Source: Pocillopora damicornis (taxonomy: Eukaryota). Taken from it: a stretch of DNA of 64,000 nucleotides. The notes under the pieces are model-generated. The model was not told the DNA's origin. It saw only the letters and a program-made list of their open reading frames with translations, and searched no databases. Shown here piece by piece: positions 1 through 15,000 of the stretch. Positions within the stretch are counted from its first letter, which is position 1; every line of letters starts with the position of its first letter. Location: NCBI RefSeq assembly GCF_003704095.1, contig NW_020843646.1:1-64000 (forward strand). The letters are read 5' to 3'. A program made the translations under genes and the position numbers.

Positions 1-84
1 GACATTGTTTTAGAAACATTCTCTTGACTTGAAGTTTGTTTGGATATAATCAAATATTTAATTAATTTTATTTTTCAATGTTAG

Positions 85-3000
85 CGCCCGTTAAGTTAAT
101 CGGTGCACCAAGTAACCAGACCATCAATGAAACAGACACAGTAACATTTGTCTGTAATATTAGTGGTAATCCAGCCCCTGTAATCAAGTGGTATAAGGAT
201 GAACTCACTGTTGGTACAGGAGACACACTCAGCTTTCCAGTATTCAGGAATCAATCAGGATACTACTGGTGCTCAGCTGATAATGGCTTAAATGTGACTG
301 TCAATGCCAGCACTTACCTTAATGTGCATTGTGAGTATAAAATCAATTCAAAAGAATTTTTGAAATGATACAAATGTAAATGCAAAACATTCCAGGGACA
401 ATCATTGAATACTAATGGTCTATGATAGATTTTGTTTATTTGTCAAAACGATAGCTTAAATATCACAATGTACCCCAGAGCTGCTATTATTTCAGTATAT
501 GTGGTGTTGATTGTAAAATGTTGATTGTGAAAAGGTCCCAAGTTGATTATGTATTGGTAACTTGCCAAGAATTTATTTTGCTGACCTTTCGTTATATAAT
601 GTTATTTTAATAGCCGTATAAATATATTCCATTGTCCATGTTATTTTAGTTAGGTTGAGTCAATAATTGTTGTGAGTCTAGTGATTAAAGTTTATTTCAC
701 AGTTCATTGCTCAAGCATAAGAGCTTACCCAAGTTATTTCAAAACATTATTCATGATGATACAAAGCAGAGGCCAGGAACACAGCGGCCAAATGTCTACT
801 CTTGTGGGAACATTGTAATGACTAGGCTACATGCTCTCAGGCTGTCAGAGCCAAGTTATCTCACACTAGTTATAAAAAAAAAAACCACTTAACCCTGTGA
901 AGTTACAGTGTTTTAAAAGCATACAACTTTTTTCGGTAAAGCTCAAAAGGAATGTTAAATCATCAGGATACCCATACTTAAATTTTCTGAAGAAAAAAGT
1001 GTAGTTAAGTATTATCAACTGAGTTGATAATGGAAATTGGCAACTGTGTAGAGTTTGAAAGCTGACGTTTCGAGCGTTACCCTTAGTCAGAGGGAAGGGC
1101 TAATGCTCAGCTTTCAAACTCTTCATGGTGGCCAATTTACATTATCAACTCAGTTGATAACACTAATTCACCTTGCTATACATGTACTCTCCCACTGACA
1201 CCACCACAGTTTCTTTAAAAACCTACTCCCTTTATTCATTTGTGTCCCAAAAGTCTGATATTTTTTGTGGATAGCACACCACTGGAAGTTATTCACAAGC
1301 AGTAACCTTGGTCTTTTGAATAAAAATTTCAGTTAAAACTTCGCACAATAATATTTCCAATTCATCAGCCAGTGTTAAGAAAAGTAGAGTCGGCAAAGCT
1401 ATCAACCAATTGTTGTCATCTGGATATTAACTCAAGATTCTCTTAAAATTAGTGAACATGGAAATTGTTTCTAATTAGCCTGAGGTGTAATTACCAGCTG
1501 GATCATAGGAGGTTGAAGGGTTTAATAACTAGGACCATGCTTCCTTTACCTGCCATGGGTGATAGGAAATAAAATGGGAAAGAAGTGGTTCTTAAATGTT
1601 ATGATGCTATCTCAACCTTATTTGGCAAATCACTGGGAACTAAGATATCACTTATGAAAAAAGTTTGATGATTTCAATGGTAAGAGGACCAGTGAAAAAA
1701 CCTTTTCAGTTCCTTTTTTTTTTTCTTTTTTTGCAGACAAGCCAACTGGAACAAGTATTACATCCAGCCCAACCAATAATACTGTGTTACGTAACAGTAG
1801 CTTGGTGTTAAGTTGCAGAACAGATGCCAACCCTGCAGCACATATTTATAATTTTTATTTTAATGGTACCTTTATTGGTGTGAACAACTTGGGTAGGTAT
1901 CTTGTCGCAGTTCAAGCAGATGGAGAGTACACTTGTGTACCTTTGAACACAGTCGGCATAGGTGACAATGCCACCTTTACTGTCATAGCAGTTGGTAAGT
2001 GATAACAGTTTACAATAAACTTGTTTTTGTTTTTTTAGCTACCCAAAACTAAAGAAATATGAAATTTAACAGGTATCAATTATGGTAAAATACTGATTGA
2101 ATAAATTAATCTTTGTATTTTTAATCGAAACTAGCCTTTATGCACATTAAAGGTAGCACAAACATGATTGAAAACCACTTTTTCCTTTGGATATACCTCC
2201 ATACTCTTATATGGTTGTTTTTGATCAGAAGGAGCACTCAATGTACTATTAATAATGTCATGTGCTTTGCAAAGCAAGATCTGAAAAGCTTAGGGAGACC
2301 CCCTTTTTTTACTTTTAAAACCAATTCCATGGAAGCAAGATACTATTTTAGCCACAGAAATAATAACAACTGTTGTGTTACACATAAGCATCAATCCGGC
2401 AATACTACATTTATAGCATGTAGAATTGTGTTTAAAAAAACTTATCATTATTTTGCCTATAATCTCTTTCAGATGCACCTTTAGTAGATGTTTTCCCTGC
2501 CATGACCTCTGTCCAAGAAGGAAACAATATCACATTGTCATGCAATGCATCTGGGAAACCAGGACCTGTTATAGCATGGACAAAAGTTGGATCATCACAA
2601 GTTCTCTCTCACACTTCTTTGCTGTCAGTTGTCAATGTAAGCAGACCTGAGACAGCAGACAACATGATCCAGTATCAATGTAAAGCCAGTAATGGAGTGA
2701 AGACACCTGCTACAGCTACAGTCAATGTTACTGTTCACTGTGAGTTGCAGTCAGAATTTCTCTCACCCATGGAATTTATTCTATTTTTTCATGAAATGTC
2801 TGTCATATTAAAAGTAGATCTAGCCATTTGACAGTTTGATTGTGCAGCGCATATCCACTTTTCAGTGGGAATACTGTATGGATACTCTAGCACAGAAGGT
2901 TAGCAGAGTTACATTATTGTAGAACTAAATAGGCCAGGTTGATAATAAGGCCAGAGGAATGGAAGCCAGGTATACAGTGTTAATCCATCCACAAAACCAA

Positions 3001-6000
3001 CTTCTCAAATACTTATTCAAGGAAAGCCACCTGGTGGAGTGTTCACTGCTAAGCATGATATGATCACACAAGCTGTTGCATTTTGTAGTCTAAGAAGTTA
3101 TTTATCTATTATTTCAAGGGAACCTAGCAAACAAGACTTCAAGTAAATACACAGCTTTGACTTATTTTTGCTGATGAATTTTGAATGCGACTATTATTAT
3201 AACTTATTATATTGAGTAATGATCAATTAAAAGCAGCCTTTGTAGTACAGCTGTAACTTATTACTGAATGAGTGTACTGTGAGCAGTTAAAGGAGTGGTA
3301 TAATTTTCAATTCTAAAGATTCTCAATGGGGTTATTGCAGGGTACCTGTACATGTTGTAAGTAGTGAGATGCACATTGAACTTGATTCAAACATTTTGTC
3401 CCTGTGATCTTGGTGTAATTTTTTGTTCCCGTAATCATGGTGTTGCTTGTTTTATTTCTACAGTCCCCCCTGATATTGACCATGCCCTATCAGCTTATCA
3501 AGTTGTAGAAGGAAGTGGGTTGATCCTGTTCTGTAATGCCACTGGAAATCCAAAGCCCAACATTACTTGGACCAAACAAGGAAACAACAGTGAACTGTCA
3601 ACATCAGAGACTCTTACTTTGTCAAAGCTGACAAGAGAAGATGATGGATCTGTTTTTGAATGTACAGCACAAAACTACATCACTTCAGTGAAAGTTATGG
3701 CAGTTCTTACTGTTTGGTGTAAGTATTGGGAGTTTTTCCCTGTCTTCAGCTTACAGTAAAATGGTCAATAACTTTAAAAATATACCCTGCATGTTCCCGT
3801 ATACTGTATATGGGGGGGATGATGTTCTGTAGAGTAGAATCTTCTCTCAAGGTGCCTAGTCTTTACCCAGGGGTATAAACAGAGGAAGGAGGAGTACTTT
3901 AAGTCACTTTGTTACATGTTTGGAACTGGGATGATTTAATTAATAGGTTCATTTAATTCAATCAGCAAAAACTTCATACCTTTACTTTCAAAAGTGTTAC
4001 TCCAGACTTGATGGCATCTTCTGTGCTCTCCAGAATTGAAGAAAGATAATTTTTGACCTCGGTATGGGACAAAGAAAAAATCCTCAGTCCCCTTGGGAAA
4101 TGGAACCTCAGACCTTTGTATTCCATGCTCTGATGCTCTACCACTTCTTTCCTGTGCACATGAAAATTGTACATGTGCATCTGATGACCCTGCACCTGAG
4201 CATATAAAATTAATCTGTGCAGTAACATACATCTAAGCATTACTGTTTTAAAATAACTATAATGTTAATGTAATTGGAAAATTTTCAGTTTGAATTGATT
4301 GTTTCCAACAGGCAATGGGTAGTATTGATATTTCCATACAGCTGAGTTCTACTAAAAAGGTCTTAAAAGTAAAAGCTATTCCTGTGAAAAATTCAGTTGG
4401 GCTTTAATTGATATCTTAAAATGTGCATTATTTAGTCAGTATTCATTTTTAAGGACATGGTCACCAACATGAGATTGATGTCATCAAGACATGCCCAATG
4501 TCGTAGGACTGAAAAAGAAAGATAACTGTGCAATTAAAGGACATTGTTAAGAAATTTTCAGTTGTATCCAAAGAGGCATGCAGGTTGTATTCTGAAGCAC
4601 TACTCTGATCTCTTACCAATCATTTGAAAATATTATTTACAGATGAACCGAGTGTAACATCACAGCAGTGTCCCAGTCCCATAACTGAGGGTGACAATGT
4701 GACACTTCATTGCAGTGCCATTGGTAACCCTGTGCCCAGCATTGCATGGATCAGAGCAAGATCTAGGGCGATACTGACATACAACAAGACTTTGATTTTT
4801 AGGAGTATCGCACGCAGTGAGTCTGGGGGATATGAGTGCCTTGCTTGGAATGGAATTGGAAACAACAGCACCAACTCTTGTTCAATTGATGTACATTGTA
4901 AGTGCATGCAGGATACCTTACTTTACAAGTGTAAGATTTATGTAAAATGCTAGGAATTTCAGTTCATATGTAAGATCATATTCTTTGAGATTATTTAAAT
5001 TCAAAGTAATAATTAGTTAAAGGAATATTATTTCTTGATAGAAGATTTGTACCATAAAATGTCTCTTTAATTAGCTTTCAAAAATTTCAGTGGTCATTCA
5101 CAATTGTTTCCTCTGGTCAACTACAACATTACTTACAATAATAATTCTTTACAGGTATTCACACTGTTTCTGCTTTGGTATATACTTTAGAGTATTTACC
5201 TACCCCTACCTACTAAATCTTGACTGAACATTTCATTCTCCATTTGACTGTTTTTACTCACCAACAAAAATACACTGTAGAACCCTTTGTGATTCTTTCT
5301 TGGGAAGCATGTAAGTCTATGGCAAAAATATACTTGAATTTTATTTTCATAGATTTACCAAAGGCCTTAGCTCTGTTGACTACTCCAANNNNNNNNNNNN
5401 NNNNNNNNNNNNNNNNNNNNNNNNNNNNNNNNNNNNNNNNNNNNNNNNNNNNNNNNNNNNNNNAGATGGAGAGTACACTTGTGTTCCTGTCAACAGTTTA
5501 GGCGCAGGAAGTAATGCTAGTGTGAGCATCACTTCTGTTGGTGAGTGTAATGTCTGATCTTTTGGTTGAAATAAGTCATTATGAAGTTGAGATAAATGGT
5601 GGTCATAAATTATTTTCATATGAGGTTATTAGTTTGTCTAAGCCACTAAGGTTCATGCGAATACTTAGTTTGGGATACATGTTGTTGGTGAAATTATTAG
5701 GGCAAATTTTGAGTGAACCCTTTTGTTTTCAAAACCAAGGATGTTCTCGAGGTACAAAGGTGACGTAAAGGAACTTTTAAATTTTTTTTATACCATATCC
5801 TAAGAATGATCTTATTTAGTTTCCATTTAAAGGATTTGGGGATTTTAAACATACAAGGTTTACTAAAAGGGTATGGGTAACAACTGGTTAGGGTTTACAT
5901 CAGTGCATTACTGATATATAAGTACTGTGGTTTGGGTTTTGGTTGTAGTGGTGTGTTTATTGCAAAAAACATTTTAAAGATGATGTGTACTTTGACATAT

Positions 6001-9000
6001 CCTAATTTACTTGTAAGTTCTAATGTCATGTTTGTAGTAATTGCAAAAGATCAATGTACTCATTAACACTCCCAAACCGATGTTTGAAAGGTTTGCTGGC
6101 TTTCAGAGGCTAATTGTGCATCCCTAAAAGTCAAGAAACAAAATTTGTAAAGTCACAAAACAAGGCAAATTTTTTATTGAAATTCCTGCTAAAACCCACA
6201 CTCTAACATTTGTCAACTGGCTTATTCAGTAGCTAGCTAAATTATGAATCCTCTGAGCTACAGATTCACCATTTTGTAGATAGAAATTGAGGAACTCGCA
6301 TTCATTTGCCATTTGATAATGGCTGACATTGTGCCTTTAATATGTCTTGAATTCATGGATGAAGATGCAGCCATGTCTCCTAAGTTGCATTATTCTAGAG
6401 CAGTATGAGATGATTGTATGCATTACGTTACAATTTTAGTGGCTCCATCAGTGGATGTGTCAATCTCTGTGATGGTTACAAAAGAAGGCAATAATATTTC
6501 ATTGAAGTGTAATGTATCTGGTAAACCTGAACCCAGCATATCATGGACAAGAATTGGTAGTTTGGATGTTCTCTCTGTTTCACCATCACTAACTATTGTG
6601 AATGTGAGCAGACCTGGGACAGCAGACAACATGATCCAGTATCAATGCACAGCTAGTAATGGAGTGGAGACACCTGCTACAGCTACAGTCAATGTTACTG
6701 TAGAATGTAAGTGGAAATTGCAGTGAAGAGGGAATTTTATATTAGAAATGAAAAGAACACTATATGGCTTGAAATTGATATTTGTGTTAAGCATTCTGAT
6801 CTCTGGGAAGACAATTTGTGATTGAAAATGTATCTGAAATCAGCTTGCTCTGTATTTGTTCCAAACTCAAACTCTCCAACACTATGTACAAATATACAAG
6901 TTATGGTTAGTAAAAGCATTCATATATGATAATAGAAGGGGGGGGGGGAGGAGGGAAGTAGCAGGATGGTTCACTGTGACAAACTTGGTGGCTAATCTCA
7001 CTATTTCGAAAGCAATTTTACTCTGAAGCATTTTCACTTGGTGTTTTTTCACATTATATTTTGACTCCCACTCATACATGTGGGACAGTTGGGATCCTGC
7101 TTAGCTTGCCTGAAATCTCAGGTGGGAGATGGAATTTATGTTGGATAACCTTGAGTCTGGCATGAGGGAAATAGAATCATGTAGTTGCATATGCTCATTA
7201 GTACTTAAATTTAGAAGATGAAACAGAATGATACCTGATGAAATGATAATTCACTGACTTGTTCAAGGAAGAGTCAAAACATGAAACAAAGACATAAACT
7301 TAGATAATATTTTTGGTTTACATGTATCTTTGAGTTTACAGCTTTGTTTGCATAAATTCTTCAACAACCTAATTTAAGGATTTATATTGCAATTCCTTTT
7401 CTGATAGGAATAGTAATAAGGTTATACTACTCTGTAATATATAGATGAACATGTCTTTGCAGATCCACCGCAGCCTTTTATACAACATTGCCCCAGTCCA
7501 GTAACTGAAGGAGATAATGTGACATTATACTGCAATGCAACTGGTAATCCATCACCTCAAACAGCCTGGATAAAGTCTGGAAAGGTACTGGTGACAGACA
7601 GTGTTCATGTTATTAGAGGAATTAACAGAAGTCAGGCTGGAATATACCAGTGTATGGCTTGGAATGGAATCATGAGAAATGAGACTTCGAACTGTACCAT
7701 TGATGTTTACTGTAAGTTTATTGACTACCTTGAATTTAATATGAGAGTCTATTTCTGCACATATACTTTGCTGAATGTTAAAGTTTTGCTAGTCTACATT
7801 AACTCATTTGTGATTTGATTTTGCTGTCCAAAAGATCCTCAAACATCAACCATGATTACAACTGCTCCAACAAACACTACAGTGCTACGTGACAGTGCTG
7901 TGTTACTGACCTGTAATGCAGATGCCAACCCCAGTGTCCATACTTATCATTTGTACTTTAATGGCAACCTTATTGGTAACAGCAGCTCTGGTGTGTTTAA
8001 CATCAGTGTGAAGGAAGATGGAGAGTACACTTGTGTTCCTGTCAACAGTTTAGGNNNNNNNNNNNNNNNNNNNNNNNNNNNNNNNNNNNNNNNNNNNNNN
8101 NNNNNNNNNNNNNNNNNNNNNNNNNNNNNNNNNNNNNNNNNNNNNNNNNNNNNNGGGAATTTTATATTAGAAATGAAAAGAACACTATATGGCTTGAAAT
8201 TGTTATTTGTGTTAAGCATTCTGATCTCTGGGAGGAAAATCTGTGATTGGAAATGTATCTGTAATCTGCTTGCTATGTACTTGTTCCAAACTCAAACTCT
8301 CTAACACTATGTACAAATATACAACTCATGGTTATTAAAAGCATATATATATGATAATGGGAGGGGGAGGGGGGGGGGCAAGGGAAGTGGCAGGATGGCT
8401 TACTGTGACCAACTTGGTGGCTAATTTCACTATTTTGAGAGCAGTTTTGCTTACAAGCACTTTCACTCGGTGATTTTTCACATTACATTTAGAGTTGATA
8501 ACTAGAACTCTTATAAATGTTCATGCTTATGAAACTCACAGATGAGGTTCACATATGTAGTTTCCCATGGTAAATTTTCACATGTCTTAAACTATCACAC
8601 ATGTGGGATAGATGGGATCCTGCTAAGTCTGCCTGAAATCTCAGGTGGGAGATGGGATCCATGTTGGGATTGCCTTGAGTCTGGCATGAGGGAAATAGAA
8701 TCCTGTAGTTGCATATGCTCATTATTAATTAAATTTAGAAGAATAAACAGAATGATACCTGATGAAATGATAATTCACTGACTTGTTCAAGGAAGAGTCA
8801 AGACATGAAACAAAGACATAAACTTAGATAATATTTTTGGTTTACATGTCTCTTTGTGTTTACAGCTTTGTTTGCCTGAATTCTTTAACGAGCTTATTTG
8901 AGGATTTCTATTGCAATTCCTTCCAGATCCACCACAGTCTTTTATACAACATTGCCCCAGTCCAGTAACTGAAGGAGATAATGTGAGATTATACTGCAAT

Positions 9001-12000
9001 GCAACTGGTAATCCATTACCTCAAACAGCCTGGATAAAGTCTGGAAAGGTTCTGGTGACAGACAGTGTTTATGTTATAAGAGCAATTAACAGAAGTCAGG
9101 CTGGAATATACCAGTGTATGGCTTGGAATGGAATCAGAGGGAATAATACTGCTAATTGTACCATTGATGTTCAATGTAAGTTAATTTTCTACCTTGTGAA
9201 GTTCATGGCAAAGTCTTATACTGTATAAATACATCTAAATAGCTAAATCATAAACTTTTGCCAGAATACAAATACTCATTATCAATCTTTTTTTTTGGTC
9301 TAAAAGATCATCCAACATCAACTTTGATTACAATACTTCCCACAAATACTACAGTGCTGCATGATCGTACTGTGTCACTGAATTGTAGTACAGATGCCAA
9401 CCCTGATGCTCATACTTATCACTGGTACTTTAATGGCAACCTTACTGGTAATAGCAACTCTGGTGTGTTTAACATCACTGTGAAGGAAGATGGAGAGTAC
9501 ACCTGTGTTCCTGAAAACAAAGTGGGCACTGGAAGCAATGCGAGTGTTGGCATCACTGCTGTTTGTGAGTTTCATATCAGATTCAGCCCTATACTATGCA
9601 GTCAATATAAAGATTCAACCTCACCCCACCACCCCTTCTAGGGCAACCCAGGGGCTGGGCATTTAAATCTTGCATGGATGGGGTTGAGTAAATTTGAACC
9701 TTTAGAATATACATGTTCTAAGTTCTAAGTTAAGTATGGAGGAGTTCAAAGATGAAGAGTCTGCTTTGTGAGCAAATGGCCAAGAAGAAAATTTTTTTAC
9801 ATAGATTGATGTTTACTTGTGAAAAACCAAGCAGTAGCACTAATAGCTCATATGTGACTTTGCCACAACATTTGTTGATCACACCAGCAAACAATGACTG
9901 TGAATATATAAAAATCATACATGGGAACCGGCTGCAGTGTGAGAAATCAATGTGAAAGCAATCTTTGCAGTGATGAACACCACTTAAGCAGGAGTTAAAA
10001 TAAGGCCTGAAAAAATTAAAGTGAAAAAAACCATTAAAAAGTGAAGTGGTTGAGTGGGGTAATTGAATGCCTCAAATTAATTGATGCATTAAGACTGAGG
10101 ATAAAAAAGTGAATATATAGTTAATAGTTATAGTTAGCTCAAACTTGTCTGGTAAAATACATTATCTTGATTCAACACCAAATTCTTGACACTTATTTAC
10201 AAGGAGATATGTAGCAGCAAGAGGGGAGAATCGACAATCAGACCTTGGGAGCTAAAGGGTTATAGGCACCTCATCTTTACCTGATGCATTCTTTTCCTCG
10301 TATTTGTGATATTTTATTTCAGTGGCCCCAGTTACTGAGGTGGTTCCTCAAACTGGCACTGTCATTGAAGGTGGAAACATCACCTTGATTTGTAATGCCA
10401 GTGGTGTTCCTTCTCCATCTGTTGTCTGGACTGAAGTTGGCAGCCCGGTCATTTTGTCTCAAAACATTTCACTGACTGTTGCAAATGTAACCAGACCAGG
10501 GACAAGAGATAACCTGATCCAGTATCAGTGTACAGCCAGGAATGGAGTGGGCACATCTAGTACAACTACAGTCAGCATTGCTGTTCACTGTGAGTTTATG
10601 GTAATCTATTTTTAATCAATGGCCACTAGGGTAGCTGTAAACTGTAACAGTGTAGCATAACAATGAGTAAAGTTTCACTACATGTGTATGGAAATGGAAT
10701 GCAGATCTCTAGCGATAGAATGCTAATACATGTACATGGTAAAAAGATAACAATTCTGCATGAAAAAATCACCTCTTAGAGAAAGATACAGTCTAACCTT
10801 GACTATCTGGACCCACAATTAACCAGACCATTCAACAACTGGAGATTGAATATATTGAATCATTTATTAGGTACAATATGCATTATGTAATTTTTGCCCT
10901 CTTGCACAGTGGATAGGCAATGTGCATGCACCAACTATTTTGCATTTGAGTTTCATATTATATCTTTTTATCTGTTCATTGCTTTCCAGTATGCTTATTA
11001 TTCTAATTATCCCATTGACTTGCCTGTTTTAGCTTTGCAACTATTTCTATAGCTCTAGGGAATTCATTACATCTAATAATTCCTCATGCTAAATCATACC
11101 TGTCTAAGTACTGAATATGTATATTTTTTTACTTTAAAGATCTTCCAGAGATAGCAAGATATCCATTCACTTCACCCATCATTGAAGGTGGCAACACCAA
11201 GCCTCTGGAAACCCTCGGCCAAACATAACTTGGACTAAGAGAGGAAGCAATAAAACTCTGTCCTATTCAGATGAACTTTCCTTGTCTAATTTAACCAGAT
11301 TTGATGATAAAACAGAATACAAATGCAAAGCCATGAACTATTTAGGATTTGTTGAAGCTTCAGCTTCAGTTACCATCCACTGTAAGTGAATGTGGTATAG
11401 GTTTTTATTATTATATAAACTCTATGTACAGTGAATTTTTTTGTCTTATTGCTGTAAATTCATGGTATCTGTTTACTTGCACTCTGTTGTTCCTAAAGAA
11501 AAGAAGTGGTTGTTTGGTTGTTTTTGTTTTGGCTAAGGCATTCATTTTCTTCTCATAATCATGTACAGTTGAAATGTTTGATTTTAGTCTCAATCTGCAC
11601 AATTATATCTTCTTATTTAGATCCATCTTTGATTGAGTCTGCCTCAGGCAGTCAAGTTGTCCTTGAAGGAAACAACTTGACTTTACATTGCAATGCAAGA
11701 GGCAATCCTACACCAAACATCACTTGGACTAAAGATTACAGCTCATCAGTGCTAAATCAAGGAATTACTTACAGTATTGTGAACATAGGAAGAAATGCTT
11801 CAGGGAATTACACTTGTACCGTTTGGAATGGAATTGGTGGACAAAAGAAAGCTATTGCTGCTATCACTGTACACTGTGAGTTTTCTCGCTGTATCAGTAA
11901 TCATTATTCATGTGAGAAAAAAGCATTTTACAGAACTTTTGTCTACACGAAGGTTAACAATTCAACTGAATAGTGTTTTATCCAGATCAAAATGTTATAA

Positions 12001-15000
12001 TCTGCAAGCCTCCTTTTATGAACACTGGTAGAGATAATCCACAGTACAGTTTTGAAGAATTAATGAGCAAGGGTTGTCTTCTAATTCTTCAGAACAATTT
12101 TTTACTTCATGAATTATTTTTGTTGGCTTCTCTTTCAGATGCGGCTGAAATTGTCTCTGCTCCCAGAAACAGGACAGTCCTGGAATATGACAATGTTACT
12201 TTCTTTTGCAATGCATCAAGTAATCCACCCTCACAGATCATCTGGACCCAAGAAGGAAGCAGTACAGTTTTACATGCAGGAGAAACCTTTGTAATTGAAA
12301 ATGTTTCAAGAAAACTTAATGGACAGCAATACAAATGCAGGACATGGAACAATGTCACCAAAGATGTGGAGGCATATGCTCAGCTCACCGTTCATTGTGA
12401 GTATTCAAAGACTCTTTCATGAAAACCAAGAATCACAAAGGAAATAAGTTGGTACACTGCAAAAACAAGAGCAACATCTACAAAAAGAAAACTGTTAAAT
12501 TCAGGTTGCTTTTCCCTTTATATGCCAACATCACTTTGCAAGTTCTCCATACTGTTGTCTACACATTAATATGGTACTTACTTTTTAAGGAGAATTTGTC
12601 TAATGATCAAGAGCATTTTGACTTTTTCGACATGTTCATAATTATGTAAGAGAAATCTTAAAATTAAGATTCACAAACCTAAATGTAAAGGCATGATGAT
12701 ATTATCACTCACTGTCTTGCCCAAAGACCAGTTGAAATACTAAACCATATTTCGGTCCATCTTTGTTTGCCTGAATTCTATTTGACTAAGGTTAATACAA
12801 TTCCTTTTCTAATGGTGTTGGTATTACTGTGCCAATACTTTTCTGTGATGTAAGGATATACATGTCTCTACAGACCCATTAAACTAGATAAAATGCTCCA
12901 ACTGGTTAAAATGGTCTAATTGGTAAAAACTATCTATGTTTTATTAATAGTTAATATTTGAGATAAAATGGTTTAAACATTTATAAAGGTCCAGCCAGGT
13001 AAAATGGTTCTATTAGCTAAAATTGTCTAAACATCTAAAAAGGTCTAACTAGATAATGGGGTCCAACCACCTGAAGTGGTGTAACTAGATAAAACGTTCC
13101 AACTGGTGGAAATGGTCAAACTCGGTGTAACTGGTCAAAGTAAATGGTCAAACTGTTTAAAATAGCTTAATCAGCTAAGATGGTCTAAGACAAAATGATC
13201 CACTGGTCAAAGTCGTCTAGCTAAATAAAATGGTCAAACAAGATATACTGGTCCAACAAGCAGAAATTGCCCAACAAGAGAAAATGTTCCTACTGGTTAA
13301 AATAATCTTACTAGATGTAGTAGGTTAACCACTTAAAATGGTCTAACAGGTTATATTGGCCCAATGGTTAGAATTATGCAACCAGTAAATATGGTCCAAC
13401 TGGTTCAACTGAATCCAACCAGTCTACATCTATAAAATGATCAAAATGCTAAAAATGGTCTTACTAGGTAACATGGTCCAACCGGTTAAAATGATCATCC
13501 AGTTGAAATGGTCCTTTTATTTAGGTAGACCATGTATACCGGTGGGTCCATTTTTTAAAATTAGACCATTTGTAACTGTTGAATCATTCTATGTTTATAC
13601 ACCACAACTACAACAACAACTTCTACTTAACTGTGTATCCTTTGATGAAATTATGATGAACAATTTCCTTTTTCCCAATATTCATGCAAGTAATCACTAT
13701 CGATTTTTATTCTCTGTCTAAAAGATCCTCCAACATCAACCATGATTACAGCACTTCCCACAAACACGACAGTGCTGCATAATACTGTCATGATGCTAAA
13801 CTGTAGTACAGATGCCAACCCTGCTGCTCATACTTATCACTTCTACTTTAATGGCAACCTTATTGGTAACAGCAGTTCTGGGATGTTTAATATCCCCGTA
13901 AAGGAAGATGGAGAGTACACCTGTGTTCCTGTTAACATAGTAGGCACGGGAAACAATGCTAGTGTCAACATTACTGCTGTTGGTGAGTTCAGTGTAGAGC
14001 TGACTGCAATTTAGAATAGCTAATTTATCGCATCAAGTCCGTTGTTGTGTGCTCTACCAATTTCTTTAAAATATTAAAGATTCACCTTAGATATAGATGT
14101 ACAATTTAACTGACTCAATAGACCTTAATACCGCCATACTATGATGTGTTTCTGTGCACAGGGTAGGCACAGTAATGCTGCAGTCCACACTAAGGGTTTT
14201 GGTATGCATCTGGTCAGAAAGTTTGCATGCGACGAGTGACGAACAATAAATTCACCATTTTGTTGTTTTAGTTAGTTAATAATTGTGTGCTTAGTGATTT
14301 GATGGGAAGGTGATCAGATGAGCAATTATTATGTCAAATTAGATGGCTAGGAAATTAGTTATTGTGTTCTGTCCTTTATTTTTGTGGATTTGGCATTTCA
14401 TCATCAAGGAAGGCTGTCAGAGTTTTTTTAATTCCAGGGACTTACATATAATCGGGATTTGCCGACCAGAATTAATATTGGTGCAATATTAGCAACCTTA
14501 ACTGATAACACAAACAACTGCATTCATGATATTTTATTTCAGTGGCCCCAGTTGCTGAGGTGGTTCCTCAAACTGGCGTAGTTGTGGAAGGTGGAAACAT
14601 TACCTTGATCTGTAACAGCAGTGGTGTTCCTTCTCCATCGGTTGTCTGGACTCAAGTTGGAACCACAAACGTTTTGTCTCAAAACAAGTTACTTATTGTG
14701 GTAAATGTTACCAGACCAGAGACACCAGATAACTTGATCCAGTATCAATGTACAGCCAGTAATGGAGTAGGTACACCTGGTACCGCTGCAGTTAACATAA
14801 CTGTTCAATGTGAGTTACTAATTGTACATATTTTAACCAGTAGGAACATTTTCTCTTGTTAGGCAGTCGTTTGTTGCATGTTTAGTTGTAAATTTTACCA
14901 GTGTATCTTTACAATACGAAAAGGCTCTGTACTTGAATAAGAAGGAAAACAAGAGAAGACCAGATCTGTTGCTCGATGTTAATCTTGCCTGAAGGCGTTT

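Noticed and set aside
4060-4150. tRNA gene
   Set aside because: Only degenerate A/B-box-like motifs with no intact cloverleaf; better explained as a SINE head
12879-13570. Possible CRISPR array or live collagen exon
   Set aside because: No constant repeat with unique spacers, eukaryotic context, and the Gly-X-Y frame has many stops and indels
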